64,000 nucleotides of DNA, taken from Oscillospiraceae bacterium. GTDB taxonomy: Bacteria > Bacillota > Clostridia > Oscillospirales > Ruminococcaceae. The stretch spans positions 12 through 64,011 of the forward strand of contig JAGALZ010000021.1 in assembly GCA_017848055.1 (NCBI GenBank), given 5' to 3'. This document shows, one piece after another, positions 37,879-45,545 of this stretch. The notes under the pieces are model-generated. The model had not been told where the DNA came from and did not search any database. It saw only the letters and a list, made by a program, of their open reading frames with translations. The position numbers and the translations under genes were made by a program. The first letter of the stretch is position 1, and every line of letters starts with the position of its first letter.

Positions 37879-39027
37879 ATGGCTAATCGTTTTGTACTCA
37901 ATGAAACTTCATACCACGGCAAGGGAGCTATCGAGAATATCCTCCCTGAGCTTATCGCAAGAGGCTTTAAGAAGGCTTTTGTATGTACCGACCCTGACCT
38001 TGTTAAGTTCGGTGTTTCACAGAAGGTAACAGACCTTCTTGAAAAGGGTGGCTTCCCTTATGAGCTTTATACCGAAATCAAGGCTAACCCTACTATTGAA
38101 AACGTGCAGACAGGTGTTGCAAGCTTCAAGGCAAGCGGTGCTGACTGTATCGTTGCAATCGGCGGCGGTTCTTCTATGGACACAGCCAAGGCTATCGGTA
38201 TCATCATCACTAACCCGGAATTTGAGGACGTAAGAAGCCTCGAGGGTGTTGCACCTACAAAGAATCCTTGCGTACCTATTATCGCTGTTCCTACAACAGC
38301 GGGTACAGCAGCAGAGGTTACAATCAACTACGTTATTACAGACGTTGAAAAGAACAGAAAGTTCGTTTGCGTTGACGTTCACGATATCCCTGTTGTTGCA
38401 GTCGTTGACCCTGATATGATGGCAACTATGCCTAAGGGACTCACAGCTGCTACAGGTATGGACGCTCTTACACACGCAATCGAAGGCTACATCACAAAGG
38501 GTGCCTGGGAGCTTTCTGATATGTTCCACCTGAAGGCTATCGAGATTATCTCAAGAAGCCTCAGAGGTGCCGTTGCGAACACTGACGAGGGAAGGGCTGA
38601 TATGGCACTCGGTCAGTATGTTGCAGGTATGGGCTTCTCAAACGTAGGACTTGGTATCGTTCACTCTATGGCACATCCTCTCGGCGCTCTCTATGATACA
38701 CCGCACGGTGTCGCTAATGCAATCCTGCTTCCTACAATTATGGAGTACAACGCAGAATGCACAGGCGAGAAGTACAGAGAAATCGCTAGAGCTATGGGCG
38801 TTAAGGGCGTTGACGATATGACTCAGGAGGAATACAGAAAGGCAGCTTGTGACGCTGTAAAGCAGCTTTCTGCAGATGTAGGTATTCCTGCCGACCTTAA
38901 GGAAATCGTTAAGGCAGAGGATATTCCTTTCCTTGCTCAGTCAGCTTATGACGATGCTTGCCGTCCTGGTAACCCAAAGGATACAAGTGTAGAAGAAATC
39001 ACAGAGCTTTACAAGAAGCTTATCTAG
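37879..39027 (+). CDS. fucO: Lactaldehyde reductase / 1,2-propanediol oxidoreductase (iron-containing ADH)
   Basis: Aligns along its whole length with E. coli FucO from memory (MANRFVLNETSYHGKGA, GGGSSMDTAKAIGIIITNPEF, VPTTAGTAAEVTINYVITD, GFSNVGLGIVHSMAHPLGA). Confidence 0.85.
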   Translation: MANRFVLNETSYHGKGAIENILPELIARGFKKAFVCTDPDLVKFGVSQKVTDLLEKGGFPYELYTEIKANPTIENVQTGVASFKASGADCIVAIGGGSSMDTAKAIGIIITNPEFEDVRSLEGVAPTKNPCVPIIAVPTTAGTAAEVTINYVITDVEKNRKFVCVDVHDIPVVAVVDPDMMATMPKGLTAATGMDALTHAIEGYITKGAWELSDMFHLKAIEIISRSLRGAVANTDEGRADMALGQYVAGMGFSNVGLGIVHSMAHPLGALYDTPHGVANAILLPTIMEYNAECTGEKYREIARAMGVKGVDDMTQEEYRKAACDAVKQLSADVGIPADLKEIVKAEDIPFLAQSAYDDACRPGNPKDTSVEEITELYKKLI

Positions 39028-39040
39028 TATAAAAAAGTAT

Positions 39041-39076
39041 CAGCCACCGTATCAAATCCGATACGGTGGCTGTTTG
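39041..39076. terminator. Bidirectional terminator
   Basis: CAGCCACCGTAT-loop-ATACGGTGGCTG followed by TTTG. Confidence 0.75.
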
Positions 39077-39109
39077 TTATTATGCTGTGTCAACCACAGC
39101 CCATTATAT

Positions 39110-39952
39110 TTAATTCTTGAAAAAAGCAACTGCAACAGCACCCGGGCCAACGTGAGTTCCGACAACGCTGCCGATAGTGGTGTAGCTTAAGTTTTCAACA
39201 TTACCTTCCCAGAGGTAAGAGCTATCTTCTTTGTACTTCAAGAGAAGGTGGTCGCTGAGACCTGTAAAACCGAGCATAACAGGCTTTGTAAAGTCAACAC
39301 CGCCAGCTGCTTCGATTTCCTTTACAAGAAGATTGTTGCCCTGCTTTGAGCCTCTTGCCTTGCCAAGCATTCCGACAACGCCATCCTTAACACATATTAC
39401 CGGCTTTATGGAGAGTAATCCACCTGCAAAAGCAACAGTCTTTGAAATTCTTCCGCCCTTCTGCAGGTATTCAAGTGTGTCAAGAAGTGCGATGACAAGT
39501 ACCTTTTCTCTCTGCTCAGTAATTATCTTTGCTATTTCCTTAGCATTCATACCATCATCACGAAGCTTGAGTGCATATTCCGCAAGAACACCAAGACCGA
39601 TAGTTACAGTAAGACTGTCTACAACCTGGATTTTATCGCCGAAATCCTGAGCCGCAATAACAGCACTCTGATAAGTTCCCGAAAGCTTCGAAGAAATTGT
39701 CAGAACAACAGCATCATCGCCGCTTTCTACTACCTCTTTGAATACATCTGAAAAAGCCGCAGGTGTAACCTGACTTGTAGTCGGAAGAACATCGCTTTCA
39801 ATAAGCTTTTCATAAAACTGTTTGTGATTGATTGTAACGCCGTCAATGTATTCTTCGTCACCGAAGTGAACGGATAGAGGAACAACGGTGAATTTACCGT
39901 TAAGGCTTTCGTTTATGTCTGCTGTCGAGTCAATAATAATTCTTGTTGCCAT
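39110..39952 (-). CDS. DegV family fatty-acid-binding protein
   Basis: IIIDSTADI N-terminus and 280 aa, typical of the DegV fold family. Confidence 0.85.
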   Translation of the reverse strand: MATRIIIDSTADINESLNGKFTVVPLSVHFGDEEYIDGVTINHKQFYEKLIESDVLPTTSQVTPAAFSDVFKEVVESGDDAVVLTISSKLSGTYQSAVIAAQDFGDKIQVVDSLTVTIGLGVLAEYALKLRDDGMNAKEIAKIITEQREKVLVIALLDTLEYLQKGGRISKTVAFAGGLLSIKPVICVKDGVVGMLGKARGSKQGNNLLVKEIEAAGGVDFTKPVMLGFTGLSDHLLLKYKEDSSYLWEGNVENLSYTTIGSVVGTHVGPGAVAVAFFKN

Positions 39953-39965
39953 TATGTTTAACTCC

Positions 39966-41345
39966 TTATTTTAAGAAAATATGCAAGAGCTTTTCGTAAA
40001 AGCTGTTGTAAGGCTGATACCTCATAGGAAGGTCAAGCCATACCTTTTTGTCAACGATGCTCTTTGTATGCGAAAATGCATTGAAACCGTCTTTCCCGTG
40101 GTAACAGCCCATTCCGCTTTCTCCGACACCGCCAAAGCCCATTTCGCTTGTCGCAAGATGAATTATTGTGTCGTTGATACATCCGCCGCCGAATGAGAGC
40201 CTTGAGGTAAGTGCCTTAATATTTTTCTTGTTAGTAGAGAAAATATACATTGCAAGTGGCTTTTGCTTGTTCTGAAGACTTGAGATAACATCATCAAGGC
40301 TGTCATATGTGAGAATCGGGAGAACAGGGCCAAAGATTTCTTCACCCATTACAGCATCATCCCACGATACGTTATCCATTACTGTCGGCTCAATTCTCAA
40401 AGCGCCAGCATCGTAGTTTCCACCACATACCACCTTATCATTATTGATAAGCCCAATTAGTCTGTTAAAATGCTTCTCGTTTATGATTTTACCGTAGTTT
40501 TTATTCTGGAGAGGATTCTCGCCGAACTGCTTTACAATTTGAACAGTAATCTCTTTCACAAGCTCATCTTTTATTGATTTGTCGCAAAGAACATAATCAG
40601 GTGCAACACAGGTCTGACCGCAGTTCAAGTACTTTCCGAATACAATTCTTCTTGCCGCAAGCTTAATTTTTGCGCTACTGTCCACAATGCAAGGACTCTT
40701 TCCGCCAAGCTCCAAAACAACAGGTGTCAGATACTCAGCAGCGTGCCTCATAACTTCCTTGCCTACAGCCTGGCTACCGGTGAAGAAAATCATATCGAAC
40801 TTCTTGTTCAGAAGCTCTGCATTTTCTTTTCGTCCACCCGTTACAACGGCAATATATTTTTCGTCAAAGCATTCTTTGATAAGCTCCTCAATTACATTGC
40901 TCGTAGCAGGGGAATACGCGCTCGGTTTTACGATTGCCGTATTTCCTGCGGCAATTGCGTCGGCAAGCGGCCCAAGAGTAAGCAGGAACGGATAGTTCCA
41001 AGGACTCATAATCAGCACGTTTCCATATGGCGACGGCTTTTTAAAGCTTCTTGAAACGAACTCGTGAAGGGGTGTGTGAACACGTTTTTCCTTTGAAAAT
41101 TTCCTTGTGTGTTTTATCATGTACGAAAGCTCACTCTGAACCATTCCTACTTCGCACATGAATGCCTCAAAATTGCTTTTTCCAAGGTCTTGTTCAAGCG
41201 CAGAATAGATTTTCTGTCGGTTATCTTCAATTTTGTTTTTAAGCTTTTTGAGCATGGATATTCTGAAATCAGCAGGAATTGTTGCACCCGTTCTAAAAAA
41301 ATCTCTTTGCTCGTTTATCAGCCTGTCCATTCTGTTTTCCTGCAT
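39966..41345 (-). CDS. NAD(P)-dependent aldehyde dehydrogenase (class 3-like)
   Basis: ELGGKSP and NCGQTCVAPDY (catalytic Cys). 459 aa. The start overlaps the upstream stop (TAATG). Confidence 0.88.
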   Translation of the reverse strand: MQENRMDRLINEQRDFFRTGATIPADFRISMLKKLKNKIEDNRQKIYSALEQDLGKSNFEAFMCEVGMVQSELSYMIKHTRKFSKEKRVHTPLHEFVSRSFKKPSPYGNVLIMSPWNYPFLLTLGPLADAIAAGNTAIVKPSAYSPATSNVIEELIKECFDEKYIAVVTGGRKENAELLNKKFDMIFFTGSQAVGKEVMRHAAEYLTPVVLELGGKSPCIVDSSAKIKLAARRIVFGKYLNCGQTCVAPDYVLCDKSIKDELVKEITVQIVKQFGENPLQNKNYGKIINEKHFNRLIGLINNDKVVCGGNYDAGALRIEPTVMDNVSWDDAVMGEEIFGPVLPILTYDSLDDVISSLQNKQKPLAMYIFSTNKKNIKALTSRLSFGGGCINDTIIHLATSEMGFGGVGESGMGCYHGKDGFNAFSHTKSIVDKKVWLDLPMRYQPYNSFYEKLLHIFLK

Positions 41346-42556
41346 TATATTTCAGTCCCTTCGTAAACCATATAGTAGAACTTTTCGAGCTCCTTAGCAT
41401 TCATAAGCTTTGGAACGGGATAAAGAGGATTTGCTTCCTTGTCGGCGTGTTTTGCCATTACAGGAATATCTTCCGTTCTTATCTGACTAAAGCTTTCCCC
41501 GATATTCATTCTTTTATTAAGACCTCTTATGTGTGCGATAAATCTCTCTGCTGACAGAGCGATATCATCGCTTTCTTTTGACATGCCTACTGAAACTGCA
41601 AGCTTGTGAAGCTTGCTATGTATGGTATCGCCGTATTCCTTGAGTACAATCGGCAAAAGTACAGAGTTTGCAAGTCCGTGAGAAATGTTGTACTGACCGC
41701 CCAGGGAATGTGCAACCGCATGAACATAACCAACATAGGACTGTGTAAATGCCGCTCCTGCAAGATACGACGCTCTGAGCATGTTTTCTCTTGCCTGCTT
41801 ATTGAGGGGATGATTGTATGCCGTCTCGATGTTTTCATAGATAAGCTTTATTGCCTCAATAGCCATTCTTCTTGTCTTTTTAGTTGTCGAACGTCCGATA
41901 TAAGCCTCGACAGCGTGGGTGAGGGCATCCATACCGGTGGTTGCAGTCAGGTGCTTTGGAAGTGAGTATGTTACTTCAGGGTCAAGCACAGCGTATCTTG
42001 GAATAAGAGGAAATGAGTTCATAGTGTACTTGTGCTTTTTCTCACTGTCAGTAATAACAGAGGTAAGCGTAACTTCGCTTCCGGTCCCGGCTGTTGTCGG
42101 AACTGCAATAAGAAGAGGAATCTTCTTTATAATCTTAAGAATACCCTTCATATCATCAAGTGTTCTGTTCGGGTATGCAACTCTTGCACCGACTGCCTTT
42201 GCACAGTCCATGGGAGAGCCACCACCGAAAGCAATAATAACCTGGCATGAATTATCGTTATATATTTTTAGAGCAGCTTCAACATTGCTGACCGTCGGGT
42301 TTGGCTGAACCTTATCATAAACAAAGCATTCGATACCTTTGTCCTTAAGATTTTCTTCAAGAGATAAAGTAACCTTATTTACTCTGAGCATTGTATCGGT
42401 AACAAGTAAAACCTTCTCTATATTTTTTGACTTCAGTATCTTAGGTATCATATCAGTACTGCCGAGAATTTTAGGTTCACGATAGGGGAGCAGAGGAAGT
42501 GCTATACGAAAGCAAGTCTGAAAAATTCTGCAGTAAAGCTTCTTAATTGGATTCAT
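41345..42556 (-). CDS. Iron-containing alcohol dehydrogenase
   Basis: GGGSPMDCAKA, VPTTAGTGSEVT, and the His cluster HAVAHSLGGQYNISHG. Confidence 0.88.
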   Translation of the reverse strand: MNPIKKLYCRIFQTCFRIALPLLPYREPKILGSTDMIPKILKSKNIEKVLLVTDTMLRVNKVTLSLEENLKDKGIECFVYDKVQPNPTVSNVEAALKIYNDNSCQVIIAFGGGSPMDCAKAVGARVAYPNRTLDDMKGILKIIKKIPLLIAVPTTAGTGSEVTLTSVITDSEKKHKYTMNSFPLIPRYAVLDPEVTYSLPKHLTATTGMDALTHAVEAYIGRSTTKKTRRMAIEAIKLIYENIETAYNHPLNKQARENMLRASYLAGAAFTQSYVGYVHAVAHSLGGQYNISHGLANSVLLPIVLKEYGDTIHSKLHKLAVSVGMSKESDDIALSAERFIAHIRGLNKRMNIGESFSQIRTEDIPVMAKHADKEANPLYPVPKLMNAKELEKFYYMVYEGTEI

Positions 42557-43007
42557 TTTCAGGTATTCCTTTCGTACTCATAGATTCGATGTTGTGTGCA
42601 AGCAGATTAAGTGTTTTATAAAAAACATCTCTGTCACTTTCGGACATACCTTTTCCTGCACCTTCAACAGCTCTTCTTGCCGAGTCAGAGATATGTGCAG
42701 CAGCATCAAATCCGTCAGCTGTAAGCTTTAAAAGTGCCTTGTAAATATTATTATTTACTTTTTCTCTGTATATAAGTCCCTTTGATTCAAGCTCAGAAAC
42801 AGCTCTTGATATAGCTGCTTTGTCCTTGTCACAAAGCTCACAGAGCTGAGTAGAGGTAAGTCCGTCCTTAAAACGGAAAAGTGTAGTTAGGCATTGTGCG
42901 TGAGGCCCCTTTAGTCCGAACTTAACCATTTCATCTCTCTCGATTTTCTGAATATACTTGTAAATTGCCGCTATTGCGACCGAAAACATCTCGTATCTTT
43001 CAACCAT
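42543..43007 (-). CDS. MarR family transcriptional regulator
   Basis: Winged HTH LTSTQLCELCDKDKAAISRAVSELESKGLIYR. ATG 43007 lies 7 nt after GGGAGG (the ORF-track start at 43022 is a TTG inside the RBS). Overlaps the ADH gene by 14 nt. Confidence 0.85.
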   Translation of the reverse strand: MVERYEMFSVAIAAIYKYIQKIERDEMVKFGLKGPHAQCLTTLFRFKDGLTSTQLCELCDKDKAAISRAVSELESKGLIYREKVNNNIYKALLKLTADGFDAAAHISDSARRAVEGAGKGMSESDRDVFYKTLNLLAHNIESMSTKGIPENESN

Positions 43008-43021
43008 TTCGGTTCCTCCCA

Positions 43022-43043
43022 ACTTGTTGATTTGTCAACATCT
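43022..43043. promoter_or_regulatory. MarR-type operator copy 1 (ACTTGTTGATTTGTCAACATCT)
   Basis: 22-bp element containing the palindrome GTTGA-N4-TCAAC, between the -10 and the RBS of marR. Confidence 0.65.
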
Positions 43044-43048
43044 TGATT

Positions 43049-43077
43049 ATTATACACTATACTTGTTGATTTGTCAA
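43049..43077 (-). promoter_or_regulatory. marR-adh-aldh operon promoter
   Basis: On the minus strand: TTGACA (43077-43072), 17 nt, TATAAT (43054-43049). The -35 lies inside operator copy 2. Confidence 0.7.
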
Positions 43078-43082
43078 CATCT
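43061..43082. promoter_or_regulatory. MarR-type operator copy 2
   Basis: Exact 22-bp repeat of 43022-43043, 39 bp away. Confidence 0.65.
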
Positions 43083-43195
43083 TTTTGAAAATGTGTATGA
43101 TGCATCATAATTTCTAACGTTTATATCGGGTAATATGTCTATAATATTGAATTTATCGGGAACGTATGATATACTTTGTTAGGGAGATGATTTAA

Positions 43196-43636
43196 ATGAC
43201 TATCAGAAGTATGACTATAAATGATTATAAGTCTGTATATGCTTTGTGGCTCTCGTGCAAAGGAATGGGACTGAATAATCTTGATGATTCAGAAGACGGC
43301 ATAGAAAGATTTCTGAAGAGAAATCCCGATACCTGCTTTGTTGCGCAGGTCGATGATAAAATTGTCGGCGTTATTATTGCAGGAAATGACGGCAGAAGAG
43401 GATACATATATCACACAGCAGTAAATCCCGAGTTTAGAAAGAGGGGAATCGGGAAGGCACTTGTCGACAAAGCACTTTCTGCACTTAAGGATTGTGGGAT
43501 AAATAAGGTTGCGCTTGTCGTGTTTGAAAGAAACGAGAATGGCAACGAATTCTGGGAGAATATCGGTTTTTCTAAACGTGATGACCTTGTATACAGAAAC
43601 AAAGCCATAAGTGAGATTATCAGGATTGATACCTGA
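43196..43636 (+). CDS. GNAT family N-acetyltransferase
   Basis: Motif A YIYHTAVNPEFRKRGIGKAL. 146 aa. Confidence 0.85.
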   Translation: MTIRSMTINDYKSVYALWLSCKGMGLNNLDDSEDGIERFLKRNPDTCFVAQVDDKIVGVIIAGNDGRRGYIYHTAVNPEFRKRGIGKALVDKALSALKDCGINKVALVVFERNENGNEFWENIGFSKRDDLVYRNKAISEIIRIDT

Positions 43637-43664
43637 CGCAAATAATACAGTTGATGTAAAAAGC

Positions 43665-43702
43665 AAAGCCCGTAGAAGTATTTTCTTCTACGGGCTTTTT
43701 AT
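43665..43702. terminator. Bidirectional terminator
   Basis: AAAGCCCGTAGAAG-loop-CTTCTACGGGCTTT. Confidence 0.8.
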
Positions 43703-43725
43703 TGCTTATTATTCTTTCAACTACT

Positions 43726-44475
43726 TTATTTGATTTTCTTAGCTTCAATTTCCACCCAAGCCGGTCTGAAACCACTGTTGAGAGCGATATTCTGTGACTG
43801 TGTGTTAGCTGTTGCGGTACCATAAAAGGGAGTGTCACCCATTTCGATGATTTTGTTCTTGAGTAGCGTCACAAGATAGGTGCCTATCCCTTTTGAACGG
43901 TATTGAGGCAGGGTGTCTATTCCAATTTGCTGCCAATGCGGTGCATCCTCTGAACAGCCTGCCATTCCCATTATAGTATCTCCATCGACTGCGACGACAG
44001 CGATTCTGTCAGGTCGAACAGGACATGGCGTAGGAAAAGCGATTGCATTAGGAAACTGCGGATTACCGTAAAACTGTGCTATTTCGTCATCATAGAACCA
44101 TTTCACTTGATAGCGTTTTTCAACCTCAACATTTCTGCAAGGCAGGAACATATGATGTGTTGATGCCATCTTATAGCCGTATTTCTTAAGTTCTTCGTTC
44201 AAAGCAGTAAGGTTTCCGAATTCAAAGAGTCTATGACCTTCAACATCCTTGATAAATCCACTCAGGAACTTGTGCAGACATTCGTTTGCCATAATGACAG
44301 TACCTCTGCCAAGCGTCACCATCTGCAAAAATGGTTTATCGGGGCTGTAATCACGTCTGCCCTCATTGAGTTTTGATACTGTGATTGTATTCTCGTTTGC
44401 CTGAAGGTCTTCAGGAGTGCAGTTGTAATCTATTGACAACTGTTGCAACAGCTTTTGATAGTATTCTTTGAACAT
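43726..44475 (-). CDS. GNAT family N-acetyltransferase (C-terminal acetyltransferase domain)
   Basis: LPQYRSKGIGTYLV motif A in the C-terminal half. 249 aa. Confidence 0.7.
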   Translation of the reverse strand: MFKEYYQKLLQQLSIDYNCTPEDLQANENTITVSKLNEGRRDYSPDKPFLQMVTLGRGTVIMANECLHKFLSGFIKDVEGHRLFEFGNLTALNEELKKYGYKMASTHHMFLPCRNVEVEKRYQVKWFYDDEIAQFYGNPQFPNAIAFPTPCPVRPDRIAVVAVDGDTIMGMAGCSEDAPHWQQIGIDTLPQYRSKGIGTYLVTLLKNKIIEMGDTPFYGTATANTQSQNIALNSGFRPAWVEIEAKKIK

Positions 44476-44603
44476 ACTTCCACCCTCATTTCTTTATTAT
44501 GTCTTTCGCTTAACCGAACATATCGGACGTGTCATATTCAGTCAACTGCACAGCAACAGAAAGTCACCTTTGACAGAATATCAAAAGTGACTTTTAATAA
44601 TTA

Positions 44604-45473
44604 TTATTCATCAATTGATGTAAGAACTCCGATTGCCTTGACACCTGCACCAACGTGGCAGCAGATGCTGATAGGGAGCTTGTACATCTGAATGCTGTCA
44701 TCACCGAAAAACTCTCTGCAGGTTTTGAGCCATTCGTTTGCTGGCTCAATATCACCAGAGTATGCAAGTCGGATTGTAATCTTTCTTCCCGCAAATCTTT
44801 CTTCGCAGTCTTTTTTAATAGCATTGAGCATTGTCTTTTCAGCATTTGCCATACCTCTTACCTTAGCAAATGCATCGAGCTTTTCGCCTTGAATCTGAAG
44901 TACAGGCTTAAGTCCGAGAATTGTAGCAAGTGCTGCACCTGCCGATGTAACTCTTCCGCTCTTTTTAAGAAGCTCAAGAGTGTTTACAGCAAGATAAATT
45001 GAGCAATCAAAAGCGGTTTCTTCAAGCTTTTCGCAAATCTCTTTAGCTGAAAATCCCTCGGTTGCGAGCTTTAAAGCATCAAGTACAGACTGCATCTGTG
45101 TTATGGAAATACGCTTGTTATCAACAACACACACTTTGCCATTATAGTCAAGCGCCAAGGACTTTGCAGTAGCACAAGAACCGCTTAAAGCCGACGACAT
45201 CGGAATGTAAACAATCTCGTCATATTCCTCTAAAAGCTTATCCCAAATGGAAGTTAGTGCATACGGAGCAGGCTGCGAGGTTGTAACATTCTTACCCTCA
45301 GCGAGCATCTCGAAGAACTCCTCATATGTACAGCTTTCGTTTTCAAAATATTCTTTTCCTTCAACAATAAAAGGCATCGGAATCAGGTATACACCAAGTT
45401 CCTTTGCGTAATCAGTAGAGATACCGCTGTTAGTATCGGTAACAACTGCAATTTTCTTCATAATTTCAATCAC
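44604..45473 (-). CDS. DegV family fatty-acid-binding protein (second paralog)
   Basis: KIAVVTDTNSGIS N-terminus. 289 aa. Confidence 0.85.
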   Translation of the reverse strand: MIEIMKKIAVVTDTNSGISTDYAKELGVYLIPMPFIVEGKEYFENESCTYEEFFEMLAEGKNVTTSQPAPYALTSIWDKLLEEYDEIVYIPMSSALSGSCATAKSLALDYNGKVCVVDNKRISITQMQSVLDALKLATEGFSAKEICEKLEETAFDCSIYLAVNTLELLKKSGRVTSAGAALATILGLKPVLQIQGEKLDAFAKVRGMANAEKTMLNAIKKDCEERFAGRKITIRLAYSGDIEPANEWLKTCREFFGDDSIQMYKLPISICCHVGAGVKAIGVLTSIDE

Positions 45474-45545
45474 CCGTTTTTGCAGAGTAGGTCAAAATTC
45501 ACCCCGTAATAGTATATCACTATTTTATCCAAAGGTCAAGTATAT

